Assembly: GCA_963744995.1 (NCBI GenBank) | Contig: CAVUWA010000011.1 | Coordinates: 160,001-224,000, forward strand | Direction: 5' to 3' | DNA: 64,000 bases | Source: Candidatus Eiseniibacteriota bacterium | Lineage (GTDB): Bacteria > Eisenbacteria > RBG-16-71-46 | Shown: one piece after another, positions 19,860-29,109 of the stretch | Numbering within the stretch: position 1 is the stretch's first letter | How the letters are laid out: every line of letters begins with the position of its first letter | Notes under the pieces: generated by a model | The model's database searches: none | What the model was told of the DNA's origin: nothing | What the model saw: only the letters and a program-made list of their open reading frames with translations | Made by a program: the position numbers and the translations under genes

Positions 19860-20240
19860 TACGCGAGAGAGGCGGAAAGATCGCGGTGGGCTTGGGCCTG
19901 GGAAAGTAGCGCGTTGGCTTTGGCCTCGAATGTCTGCATGGCGTCGGCGTCCCTCGAGCGCGACAAGCTTCACGCGGGCGCGGGCGAGTTTCGCGGGATC
20001 GCCGCCCCGCTTCCCATCCGTGCCCTTCCAAGCCACGACGATTTCCTTCGTCTCATCCGCATCGTCGTCGAGGGAGCGCCTAGCGTATGTGGTCGAGGCG
20101 TTGCTGGGCAACTCGGTACGTAAAAGCCCGGCTCGACCAGCACCGTGCGGATTCCGAAGGGCGCAATCTCCGGCGTGAGAGATCCCATCCATTCCTCGAT
20201 ACCGATCCTCGCAGCAGCATACGCTGCACAGAACGTTTGA
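19860..20240 (-). pseudogene. Short-chain dehydrogenase C-terminal remnant, frameshifted
   Basis: YAAARIGIEEWMGSLTPEIAPFGIRTVLVEPGF in one frame and RTEL...GGDPAKLARA in another. Confidence 0.7.
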
Positions 20241-20271
20241 CCGGTGCTGCCGCACCATTTCAGTGTCGCCC

Positions 20272-20560
20272 TTAGGACCGTGGGTCGAACCCGAAGACGC
20301 GCAGTTCTTGGTCGCGCCGACAGGCCTTGGCGATACGCGCCGCCCACGCGATGGCCTCGTCGTGTGAGGGCAGTTCCAACACGGTGAAGCCGCCATCGAG
20401 CATGGACGCCCAAGGATAGCCGCCCAATGCAACCGTGCCGTCAGAGAGACGAGCCCGGGCGGTACGTCTTCGTCGATTCCGCCGCCGAAGACGTAAACAC
20501 CGGCGGCTTTCGCCTCATCAATCACAGCGTGCCGTTCCCACTCGTCTGTATCCTTGGGCT
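20272..20560 (-). pseudogene. YciI/DGPF-family remnant, frameshifted
   Basis: HAVIDEAKAAGVYVFGGGI, then after a shift DGTVALGGYP...GGFTVLELPSHDEAIAWAARIAKACRRDQELRVF. Confidence 0.7.
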
Positions 20561-20652
20561 TCAGGATGAGCCGCCATGCTCCAAATCCGGCAATGCGCAT
20601 CACCGTGCCGTCTTCCCGCGCATGCTGTCGCGCCGCATGACCGCGCGAAGAA

Positions 20653-20678
20653 GCCCCGGTGGGTCTCCCCACCGGGGC
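20653..20678 (-). terminator. Intrinsic terminator
   Basis: GCCCCGGTGGG/CCCACCGGGGC hairpin followed by TTCTT on the minus strand. Confidence 0.65.
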
Positions 20679-20746
20679 GGTGACGCCGCGTCGCTCTTCC
20701 CTTGCCCTGGCTTCGTCCGAGACGACGCGACGGCTCTGTCTCTCGC

Positions 20747-21064
20747 TCAGCGCGTGCGCGCGTTGTGCTTCATCCGCCAGATCGCGCGGCCCTGGTGGTT
20801 CTGCATGTGCCGCAGGCGAACGCGTTCGCGGGCGGTGAACCGGCCGTCCGACTTCATGCGCCACTTCGCGCGGCGAATGTGGCGCTGGCCGGCGTTCAGA
20901 CGCACCCGCTCGCCGCGGGTGAGCTGGCCGCTCACGACGCCCTGATGGATGCGTGCGCGCTGGTGCACCTGGCGCCGGTTCGCCACCGGCGTACCGGCAT
21001 TCGCGATGCCTGCGAGCGCGACCAGCAGGACCGCCGACATGATCATGATCTTCGGGTGTGACAT
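20747..21064 (-). CDS. Small secreted Arg-rich helical repeat protein
   Basis: Signal peptide. Repeats GQLTRGERVRL and GRFTARERVRL. RBS GGAGG. Confidence 0.75.
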   Translation of the reverse strand: MSHPKIMIMSAVLLVALAGIANAGTPVANRRQVHQRARIHQGVVSGQLTRGERVRLNAGQRHIRRAKWRMKSDGRFTARERVRLRHMQNHQGRAIWRMKHNARTR

Positions 21065-21252
21065 GACGTCCTCCGTAGGGACGAACTGCGTGATGCCGCG
21101 GGAGCGTTTCGTTGTTTCTCAAAATGGGGCGCGCCTCGGACGGGACTCGCTCACCGCGATGTTCACGCGTGACATCGACCTGACCTGACGTGGCGTGAAT
21201 CCGGTGCGATGGCTGCCTTCGCGTCTGCTGCGCGCGACGTGAAGGACGTTTT

Positions 21253-21267
21253 GCAGGTGCCGTGCCG
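21253..21267 (-). promoter_or_regulatory. Putative sigma54 promoter
   Basis: Minus strand CGGCACGGCACCTGC(A). IHF-like CAACGTGTTG at 21285-21294. Confidence 0.55.
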
Positions 21268-21436
21268 CAGGTGGGCCGGGAGCGCAACGTGTTGCAGCGC
21301 AGGAGCGGGGGCGGCGGGTGGCGGTGCCGGCGCCGCGTGCACCGTCCCATACGGTTCACTCCGGAGGCGCGCTGCTGCACCGAGGGGTGCAGGGAGCCGG
21401 GCGGCGACACGAGCGCCGCGCGCCGGCTGCACACGG

Positions 21437-22219
21437 TCACCCGATCGTGATCGTGCCTTCCAGATATCGCGCCGCGCGCCCCGCGACGCCGACGCGATCG
21501 CCGCGCTCCTCGCACACCAGCTCGCCGCCGCGTGCCGACACCTGCCGGGCACGGAGCCGCGCGCGGCCGAGGCGCTTCGCCCAGTAGGGCGTGAGCGTGC
21601 AGTGCGCCGAGCCCGTGACCGGATCTTCGTCGACGCCGGCGGACGGCGCGAAGAAGCGCGACACGAAGTCCGCGTCCTTCCCGGGCGCGGTCACGATCAC
21701 CTTGTCGAACGCGGCGAGCGCCGCAAAACCGGGTCGCAGCGCACGCACGTCGTCCTCGGCGTCGAACACCGCGAGCCAGTCACGCGACTTGAGCCACTGG
21801 CGCGCGTGCGCACCGAGCGCCTCGATCAGCGCGGGCGGCACCTCGGCCGGCGCCGGCGGCCGCGACGGCAGATCCATCACGTACAGGTCCCCTTCGCGCT
21901 TGACCGTGAGCGGTCCGCTCATGGAATCGAACGTCACGCTCGCGGCGCCGGGCGCGAGCGTCTCCAGGTAGACGCTCGCCGCGGCCAGGGTCGCGTGACC
22001 GCAGAGGTCCACCTCGATCTTCGGCGTGAACCAGCGGATCCGGAGCGGCGCTTCGCCGGGCACGAAGAACGCGGTTTCGGAGAGCTGGTTCTCGAGCGCG
22101 ATCGACTGCATCGTCCGCGGATCGAGCCATCGCTCCAGCGGACACACCGCCGCCGGATTGCCGCCGAAGACCGCGCCCGTGAAGGCGTCGACCTGGTAGA
22201 TCGGGATCCGCACGGGCAT
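21437..22219 (-). CDS. PhzF-family isomerase/epimerase
   Basis: YQVDAF..GGNPAAV, LSETAF, EVDLCGHATLA, EDPVTGSAH. Confidence 0.92.
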   Translation of the reverse strand: MPVRIPIYQVDAFTGAVFGGNPAAVCPLERWLDPRTMQSIALENQLSETAFFVPGEAPLRIRWFTPKIEVDLCGHATLAAASVYLETLAPGAASVTFDSMSGPLTVKREGDLYVMDLPSRPPAPAEVPPALIEALGAHARQWLKSRDWLAVFDAEDDVRALRPGFAALAAFDKVIVTAPGKDADFVSRFFAPSAGVDEDPVTGSAHCTLTPYWAKRLGRARLRARQVSARGGELVCEERGDRVGVAGRAARYLEGTITIG

Positions 22220-23427
22220 CAGGTCTCCATGCGCTTCCAGATCCGCCCCGCGCACTCGCGCGCCCGGGCGGCGACTTCGTCTTCGTCCACCGACGTCATG
22301 CGACCGTCTTCCATCACGATTTCGCCGGCCACCACCACGCCGGTCACCGGCGCACGCAGGAGGCCGGCCGCGAGGTGCGCGGGCAGCGTGCGGGGCGTGA
22401 GTTCGGTCGCGGGGCGATAGTCGAACAGCACGAAGTCGGCCAGCGCGCCCGGCTCGATGCGGCCGGTGCCCGCACCGAAGTGGCGCTCGGCGAGCTGCGC
22501 GCCGTGGACCAGCACGCGCTCGTAATAGGCCCGGCACGCGTCCCCTTCCGGCGGCTCGCGCACCGGAAGCGGCGGCGCGTTCACGCCCGAGTCGCTGCCC
22601 CAGGCCGCGCCCGCGGCCGTCGCGAGATCCGCCGGCGTCTGGAGGATCGCGCTCAGCGTGTCGCCGCGTTCGCGTGCGAGGCCGATCAACGACGCCGGGG
22701 CGTGCTCGGCGTGCGCCCAGAGCGCCGGCACCGGATTGCCGAACCACACATGCGCATCGTCGGCGAACGCGACGTCCGTGACCGCGAGTTCGACGTGCAC
22801 GCCGGCCGGCTGCGCGGTGGACTCCAGCACCTCGCGCAACAGCCGGTCCACCGAAGCGAGGCCGCTCGCGCGCACTCCGAGCAGGCCGCGCAGCGTGCCC
22901 TGCCGCCGCGAGCGGATTTCGCTGGCGAAGCCGAGACATTCCTCGATCGCGGCGCGGCGCTCGGCGGCCGCGTCGGTATCCGAGACGCCGTAACACGTCG
23001 CCACGCGCACCCCGGCGTCGGACGCGGCCGCGACGACTTCCGACAACGAAAGATCGATGCATCCACCCGAGCGATGGAAATCGAACACCGTCGTCACCCC
23101 GTGGCGCACGCCCTCGACCAGCGAGGCCATCGCCGACCAGTAGATGTCCTCCGGCGACAGCGCCCGCTCGTAGGCCTCCCACGCCGGCGCGCCCGTGCAG
23201 CCGAGCCCGCGCGCCAGGTGGCGGCCGAGATGCGCGTGGGTATTGACCAGGCCCGGCAGCATCACCTGCCCGTGGGCGGGCCACAGCGGCTCCTCCGGAT
23301 AGGCGCCGGCGAGCGCGGACAGGTGCGCGACGTGCGCGATATGGGCGCCGACGACGTGGACGCCCGCGTCCTCGATGACGGCGGGCGTCTCGCCGCCGGT
23401 GACGATCGTGCACGGGCCGATGATCAT
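22219..23427 (-). CDS. Amidohydrolase-family protein (SsnA-like, divergent)
   Basis: PGLVNTHAH, GVTTVFDFH, GRIEPGALADFV. Confidence 0.8.
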   Translation of the reverse strand: MIIGPCTIVTGGETPAVIEDAGVHVVGAHIAHVAHLSALAGAYPEEPLWPAHGQVMLPGLVNTHAHLGRHLARGLGCTGAPAWEAYERALSPEDIYWSAMASLVEGVRHGVTTVFDFHRSGGCIDLSLSEVVAAASDAGVRVATCYGVSDTDAAAERRAAIEECLGFASEIRSRRQGTLRGLLGVRASGLASVDRLLREVLESTAQPAGVHVELAVTDVAFADDAHVWFGNPVPALWAHAEHAPASLIGLARERGDTLSAILQTPADLATAAGAAWGSDSGVNAPPLPVREPPEGDACRAYYERVLVHGAQLAERHFGAGTGRIEPGALADFVLFDYRPATELTPRTLPAHLAAGLLRAPVTGVVVAGEIVMEDGRMTSVDEDEVAARARECAGRIWKRMET

Positions 23428-24788
23428 GCCGCGCGCTCCTTCTTCGCGCGCTCGAGCAGCGCGGCCGCCTCACGCACGGCGGTGTCGCGCACCGCGTCCG
23501 CGTTCAGCGTCGTCCAGCGCCCGTGCTCGCAGAGCACGCGGCCGTCCACCACCGTGAGCGTCACGTCGCTCGCCTGGCAGGACTGGACGATGGTCGTGTA
23601 GGGATCGAGGGTCGCGTGCGGCGCCACGTGCCAGCCGCGGTGGTCGATTGCGATCACGTCCGCCTTCTTGCCGGCTTCGAGGCTGCCGACCTCGTCACCC
23701 TTGCCGAGCGCGCGCGCCCCGCCGATCGTGGCGAGCGCGAGCACCTCGCGCGCGCTCAGGTGGCGCCCCGGCCGCGTCACGCGCGAGACGTGCGAGGCGA
23801 GGCTCATCTCGCGGAAGGTGTCGAGCCGGTTGTTGCACGGCGCGCCGTCGGCGCCGAGCCCGCAGCGGATGCCGCGATCCTTCCACTCGCGCACGTCGGC
23901 GAGTCCGGAGCCCAGCTTGAAGTTGGCCGAGGGGCAGTGGACCAGCGCCGCGTCGGCGCGGGCGAGGAGGTCGAACTCGTTTTCGTCGAGCCATACCCCG
24001 TGTGCGGCCACGAAGCGCGGCCCGAGCACCTGCCGGCGCGCGAAGTAGCGCGGCGCCGTCGTCTTCACCGCCGCCTGCACCGCCTGCCCTTCGCCCGGGC
24101 TCTCCGAAAGGTGCGTGTGCACGATCAGGCCGCGCTCGTCGGATACGCGGCGCACGCCGTCCCACAGCGCGTCGCTGCACGACAGGATGAACCGCGGCGC
24201 GAGCGACACGTCGAGCCGCCCGCCCGCCGCACCGTGGAACCGGTCGGCGAGCGCCGCGGACTCTTCGAGCGCGTGGTCCGTCGTATCGCGCAGGCCCGGC
24301 GGCACACCGTCGCCCTGATCCATCAGCGCTTTGCCGAACACGGCGCGCAGGCCGGTCGCCTCGAGCACGGATCCGATCACCTGCGTGTGATGCACGGTGC
24401 CCATGTCGTTGATGCAGGTGACGCCGCCCGCGAGCAGCTCGAGGATGCCGAGCTCCGCCGAAGCGGCCAGCGAGGCCTCGGTGTGCGCGGCCTCCATCGG
24501 CCAGATGCTCTCGCGCAGCCAGTGCATCAGGTCGGCCTGCTCGGCCGCGCCGCGGAACAGCGCCTGGCAGAGGTGCAGGTGCGCGTGGACGAAGCCCGGC
24601 AGCACGAACGCGCCGGAGGCGTCGAACGCCCGCTCGGCCGCGCCGCCCGGAAGGGCCGCGAGGGCCGCGGGAACGCGGTCGCCGAGCGCGGCGATCCGGC
24701 CGTCGGCGATCAACAGGTCGCCGCGAACGACCGTACCGGCGTCGTCCATGCACACGAGCGTGCCGCCGCGTATCAGTAAAGTGCTCAG
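23424..24788 (-). CDS. Amidohydrolase (MtaD/5'-deoxyadenosine deaminase-like); probable CTG start
   Basis: PGFVHAHLH, HTHLSE, AAHGVW, HCPSANFKLGSG, GADGAPCNN. Confidence 0.85.
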   Translation of the reverse strand: MSTLLIRGGTLVCMDDAGTVVRGDLLIADGRIAALGDRVPAALAALPGGAAERAFDASGAFVLPGFVHAHLHLCQALFRGAAEQADLMHWLRESIWPMEAAHTEASLAASAELGILELLAGGVTCINDMGTVHHTQVIGSVLEATGLRAVFGKALMDQGDGVPPGLRDTTDHALEESAALADRFHGAAGGRLDVSLAPRFILSCSDALWDGVRRVSDERGLIVHTHLSESPGEGQAVQAAVKTTAPRYFARRQVLGPRFVAAHGVWLDENEFDLLARADAALVHCPSANFKLGSGLADVREWKDRGIRCGLGADGAPCNNRLDTFREMSLASHVSRVTRPGRHLSAREVLALATIGGARALGKGDEVGSLEAGKKADVIAIDHRGWHVAPHATLDPYTTIVQSCQASDVTLTVVDGRVLCEHGRWTTLNADAVRDTAVREAAALLERAKKERAA

Positions 24789-25025
24789 GAGGGCGCCTCC
24801 ATGCGAGTCGAGCCGCGCGGCGTCCGTGCCGGGCGAACGGGCGCGCCGGGCCCGACGGGGCGGCTGCGGCGCGCCACCTGCGAATGACCGCGCAACGCTC
24901 GCACCGGGCCTGCGGGGTGTCAAGAATGAAGCGCGGCGCGGGGCCGGCCCGGTCCTGCGCCGAAACCCCTGGCGGGCCCGGGCGGACCCGCTCGGCGAAG
25001 GGCGTTTTCCGCTACCCTCGCGGGC

Positions 25026-26444
25026 ATGTCCGATGCTCTTCCGCTCATCCGCAGGGTCCGGCTGCGCGAGCCGGCCGACGCGCTGCAGGCGATCGCCCAC
25101 CTGCCGTACCCGTTCCTGCTGCACTCGTCGCTCGAGGACGAGCGATCGCGCTGGTCGTTCTTCGGCGCCGACCCGTTCTTCGTCCAGCGCGGCGGCGACG
25201 AGCGCGGGCTCGTCGAGCGTTTTCGCGCGATTGCGGCGGCCGAGCGCGCAGCGGAGCAGCGTCCGGGCGTCGTGCCGTTTACCGGCGGCGCGGTGGGCTA
25301 CTGGGCCTACGACTACGGGCGCCGTCTCGAGCGCATCCCCAGGATCGCCGCCGACGACCTGCACCTGCCGGACTTCGTCGTCGGTTTCTACGACGTCGTC
25401 GGCGCGTTCGATCACCAGGGCCGTGAGGCGTGGCTGTACTCGAGCGGCCTGCCGCACGCCGAGGTGTCGCGGGCCGAACACGCGCAGCGGCGCCTCGACA
25501 AGTTCGAGTGGCTGTTCGCGGAGGCGCCCGAGGGCGCGGTGCGGCTCTCCGACGACGAGTCCGCCCTGCCGGCGCGCTCGAACTTCACCCCCGACGACTA
25601 CCGGCGCACGATCGTGCGCGTGCAGGACCACATCCGCGCCGGCGACATCTTCCAGGCCAACCTGTCGCAGCGCTGGACCATGCCGCTCGGCTTCGCCACC
25701 CCGGCGGCGCTGGGCCTCTCGCTCCACGACGCGCTGGGGCGGCGCTCGCCGGCGCCGTTTGGCGCGTACTTCGGCGCACAGGACCACGCCATCGTCTCGG
25801 CGAGCCCCGAGCGCTTTCTCGAACTGCGCGGGCGGCGCGTCGAAACCCGGCCGATCAAGGGCACCCGGCCGCGCAGCGGCGACCCCGCGCGCGACGCGGC
25901 CCTGCGCGAGGAGCTGCTGACCAGCGGCAAGGACCGCGCGGAGAACGTGATGATCGTGGACGTGCTGCGTAACGACCTCGGCCGCGTGTGCGAGACGGGC
26001 ACGGTGCGGACGCCGTCGCTGTGCCAGCTCGAAACGTATCCACAGGTGTTCCACCTGACCTCGACCGTGACCGGCGAGCTGCGCGCCGACCTCGACGCGT
26101 TCGACCTGCTGCGGGCGTGCTTTCCGGGCGGTTCGATCACGGGTGCGCCGAAGATCCGTGCGATGCAGATCCTCGAAGCGCTCGAGCCCGTGCGGCGCCA
26201 CGTCTACACCGGCAGCGTCGGCTACGTGGACTGGCGCGGCGACGCGGACTGGAACATCGCGATCCGCACCGCCATCGTCACGCCGCAAGCGCTGCACTTC
26301 GCCGCGGGCGGCGGGATCACGGCCGACTCCGATCCCGACGCCGAATACCAGGAGACGCTCGACAAGGCCGAGGGCATGCGCGTCGCGCTCGAGACGCTGT
26401 TCGGCCCCGTGACGCTCGTGCCGGCCGCGGTGCCGCACCCGTGA
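25026..26444 (+). CDS. pabB: Aminodeoxychorismate synthase component I (chorismate-binding MST family)
   Basis: SPERF, TRPIKGTRPR (PabB-type PIKGT), KDRAENVMIVDVLRNDLGR, FPGGSITGAPK. Confidence 0.85.
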   Translation: MSDALPLIRRVRLREPADALQAIAHLPYPFLLHSSLEDERSRWSFFGADPFFVQRGGDERGLVERFRAIAAAERAAEQRPGVVPFTGGAVGYWAYDYGRRLERIPRIAADDLHLPDFVVGFYDVVGAFDHQGREAWLYSSGLPHAEVSRAEHAQRRLDKFEWLFAEAPEGAVRLSDDESALPARSNFTPDDYRRTIVRVQDHIRAGDIFQANLSQRWTMPLGFATPAALGLSLHDALGRRSPAPFGAYFGAQDHAIVSASPERFLELRGRRVETRPIKGTRPRSGDPARDAALREELLTSGKDRAENVMIVDVLRNDLGRVCETGTVRTPSLCQLETYPQVFHLTSTVTGELRADLDAFDLLRACFPGGSITGAPKIRAMQILEALEPVRRHVYTGSVGYVDWRGDADWNIAIRTAIVTPQALHFAAGGGITADSDPDAEYQETLDKAEGMRVALETLFGPVTLVPAAVPHP

Positions 26445-27424
26445 GCGGGCGCGGGCCGCGCGGGCGGGCGGCGCGCTCCGGCGGGCGAGCCATGCGAGAT
26501 CCCGGCACCGGCGATCCGCGCGGGACGTCCGGCGTCTCGCGCGGCGGGCGCACACCGCGCTGGACCGACCGCGACGACCCGCGCGCCCCCGCGCGGCCGG
26601 TGTGGGTGAACGGCCGCGTGTGCCGTGGCGTCGACGCCGCACTCTCGCTGTTCGATCGTGGTGCCCGCGACGGGCTCGGACTCATCGAGACCGTGCGCGT
26701 GGAGGGACGCCGCCCGCTCGAGTGGCACGGGCACCTCGAACGCCTGGTGCTCGCCGCGGCCGAGCTCGGGTATCCGGTGCCGCCGCCGCCGCGCGCGCTG
26801 GCTTCCGCCGTCGCCGAACTGCTGGAGGCCGCGGCGCTCGACGACGCCGCGGTCCGCATCACCGTCACGCGCGGCATCGAGGGCCTGCGCCCGGGCCGTC
26901 CCGGCTGCTGGATCGACGCGCAGCCGCTCACCGCCCGGCTGTGGCGCGGCACGCGTGCCGGTGCGGCGCGCGCGGTCTTCTCGCGTCGCCCGTTCGCGCC
27001 CGGGCCGTGGGGTGCGTACAAGACCACCTCGCGCATGGCGTACCAGCAGGCGAGCGACGAGGCGCGGATCGCGCGGGCCGACGAAGCGCTGCTGGTCACC
27101 GCCGACGGCGAGGTGCTGGAGGGTGCGACGAGCAACGTGTTCGCGCTGATCGGCGGCGAGGTCGTCACGCCGCCGCTCACGAGCGGCATCCTCCCCGGCG
27201 TCACCCGCGCGACCGTGCTGCGGCTGTGCGGCTCGCTCGGCATCGTCACCCGTGAGCGCCCGCTCCATCGCGACGCGCTGCTGCGTGCGCGCGAGGCGTT
27301 CGTCACCAACGCGGTGCAGCAGGTCGTCCCGCTCGCGGCACTCGACGGCGCGGAGCTCCCCGGCCGCGAGAGCGGGACGCGGCTGCTCGCGGCATATCGG
27401 GCACACCTCGGCGCTCCGGCCTGA
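26441..27424 (+). CDS. pabC: Class IV PLP enzyme, probable 4-amino-4-deoxychorismate lyase; start may be 26491
   Basis: HLERL, YKTTS, EGATSNVF, GILPGVTR. Coupled to pabB. Confidence 0.7.
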   Translation: MSGRGPRGRAARSGGRAMRDPGTGDPRGTSGVSRGGRTPRWTDRDDPRAPARPVWVNGRVCRGVDAALSLFDRGARDGLGLIETVRVEGRRPLEWHGHLERLVLAAAELGYPVPPPPRALASAVAELLEAAALDDAAVRITVTRGIEGLRPGRPGCWIDAQPLTARLWRGTRAGAARAVFSRRPFAPGPWGAYKTTSRMAYQQASDEARIARADEALLVTADGEVLEGATSNVFALIGGEVVTPPLTSGILPGVTRATVLRLCGSLGIVTRERPLHRDALLRAREAFVTNAVQQVVPLAALDGAELPGRESGTRLLAAYRAHLGAPA

Positions 27425-27597
27425 CGATTCGGGTCGCCTCCTGCCGCGCCCCCGCCCCCGCGCCGGCCGACCCGTCAGAACGCCTGCCACGGGCGAGCGC
27501 GTGCGTGTTGCCCCAACCGTGGTGGGAAAGACCCGGCCGCGGCGCCCGCGCGACGCTCGAATTCACTGAAACACGGTGATTTGCGGGCCGATCCATC

Positions 27598-27612
27598 TGG
27601 CACGGGGAGTGC
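27598..27612 (+). promoter_or_regulatory. Putative sigma54 promoter
   Basis: TGGCACGGGGAGTGC(T). Confidence 0.6.
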
Positions 27613-27706
27613 TCTCTTATGGATGTGGCGCGCCGCCGGCCAGCCGGCCCGCGCTTCGCAACGCTCCCCTGCACGGCCGGACCGCACGCGGTCCGACGGA
27701 GAGACG

Positions 27707-29089
27707 ATGGACCTCAAGGGCGGACGCCTCGAGTTTCTGGTGCCGCATCTGCTTCGCGGTCAGATGCTGCGGCGGGGCTTCGTCCGCGCGAGCCTGCGCC
27801 TCGGGGTCACGCAGCAGATGCCGCCGTGGGCCAAGCTGCAGTTCCTGCACGCGGGGGTCTCACGCAAGGATCTCGACGCGGTGCTGCGCCGGATCCGCAA
27901 CCTCGCCTCGTGGGTGGACGAGTGGGAATCGCTCGGCCGCACGCACGAGCAGGCCGGCCAGGACGCCGAACGGCTTGGCGACCTCGCCGGCGCCGCGGCG
28001 CACTACAAGGCCGCGTCCGCCGCCTACAATTTCGCCCAGTACGTCGTGTTCATGGACGTGGACCGCAAGCGCCATCTGCACCGCTCGTGCGTGCGCGCCT
28101 ACGCGAAGGCCGCGCCACTGTTCGAGATACCCGCCGAGCCGTTCGAGGTGATCTACCGGCGGCGCCCGATGCGGGGCTACCTGCGTATGCCACCGGGCCC
28201 GCGCCCCTGCCCCGTCGTGGTGATGTTCAACGGCACCAACGCGGTGAAGGAAGAACTGCACTGGTGGTCGGAAGAGATGCTCGACCGCGGTGTGGCGACC
28301 ATCACGTTCGACGGCCCGGGCATGGGGCAGACCTTCCACCGGCTCTCGATGGTCGCGGAGCCGCGACCCGTGGGCACGGCGATCCTGGACGAGATCGAGA
28401 CGCGGCCCGAGCTGGACCCCGGCGCCGTGGTGTTCTTCGGCATGAGCCTCGGCGGGTACATGGCGATCCGCATGGCGTCGCACGAGAAGCGCATCCGCGC
28501 CGTCGCCGCGGTGAGCCCCCCGTACTCGGCCAGCATCTACTGGCGCGTGACGCTCGCCGGGATGCGTCGCGAGCTGGCGGCGCTCTACGGCATCGAGGAG
28601 AACGCCATGACCGAGGTCGTCGACCGCATCACCCTCGACGACGTGCTCGCCGATCTCGATTGCCCGCTGATGGTCGCGGGCGGTGGACACGACTTCATCA
28701 CGCCCGGCACGGAAGCGTGGCGCATCTTCGAGGGCGCGCGCTGCGAGCGCGAGATCGTGTACTACCCGCGCGGCGCACACGACTGCTTCAACGTCCTGAG
28801 CGACCTGCGGCCGCGCATGATGAACTGGCTCGCGCGCCATCTCGAGCGACATCGCAGCCGCCCGGTGAGCGGGCACATGGCGAACGGCACGCCGGTGCGC
28901 GAATTCTCGTGGCGCGCCGCCGATGCCGTGGATCCGGACTTCGCCGACGCGCTGCGCGGCGAGATTTCGCGCGTGCAGTGGCACGCTCCTTCGCAGCAGG
29001 CGCTGCCGGCGCAGTGGCAGCTGCCGTGGCGCCGCAACGGCAAGGCCAGGATCGAGGTCGTCTACCGCCGCGCGACCGCGGCCGTCTGA
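27707..29089 (+). CDS. Alpha/beta hydrolase (FrsA/2,6-dihydropseudooxynicotine hydrolase-like)
   Basis: FDGPGMG, nucleophile motif GMSLGG, GGHD, GAH. Confidence 0.8.
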   Translation: MDLKGGRLEFLVPHLLRGQMLRRGFVRASLRLGVTQQMPPWAKLQFLHAGVSRKDLDAVLRRIRNLASWVDEWESLGRTHEQAGQDAERLGDLAGAAAHYKAASAAYNFAQYVVFMDVDRKRHLHRSCVRAYAKAAPLFEIPAEPFEVIYRRRPMRGYLRMPPGPRPCPVVVMFNGTNAVKEELHWWSEEMLDRGVATITFDGPGMGQTFHRLSMVAEPRPVGTAILDEIETRPELDPGAVVFFGMSLGGYMAIRMASHEKRIRAVAAVSPPYSASIYWRVTLAGMRRELAALYGIEENAMTEVVDRITLDDVLADLDCPLMVAGGGHDFITPGTEAWRIFEGARCEREIVYYPRGAHDCFNVLSDLRPRMMNWLARHLERHRSRPVSGHMANGTPVREFSWRAADAVDPDFADALRGEISRVQWHAPSQQALPAQWQLPWRRNGKARIEVVYRRATAAV

Positions 29090-29109
29090 GCGCCGCGGCC
29101 GGGCGGCAC

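Larger units (their letters stand above)
15445..20600 (-). mobile_element. Integron gene-cassette array without an integrase in the window (CALIN-like), decaying; boundaries approximate
   Basis: Six attC sites each follow a co-oriented ORF or remnant. Visibly more AT-rich than the flanks. Confidence 0.85.

Noticed and set aside
20600..21430. Possible intI/attI at the head of the cassette array
   Set aside because: No tyrosine-recombinase motifs in any frame. The region holds a small secreted-protein gene and its promoter.
21437..26444. Phenazine biosynthesis cluster
   Set aside because: No PhzA/B, PhzD or PhzG is linked. The MST enzyme has the PabB-type PIKGT motif and lacks the fused glutaminase of PhzE.
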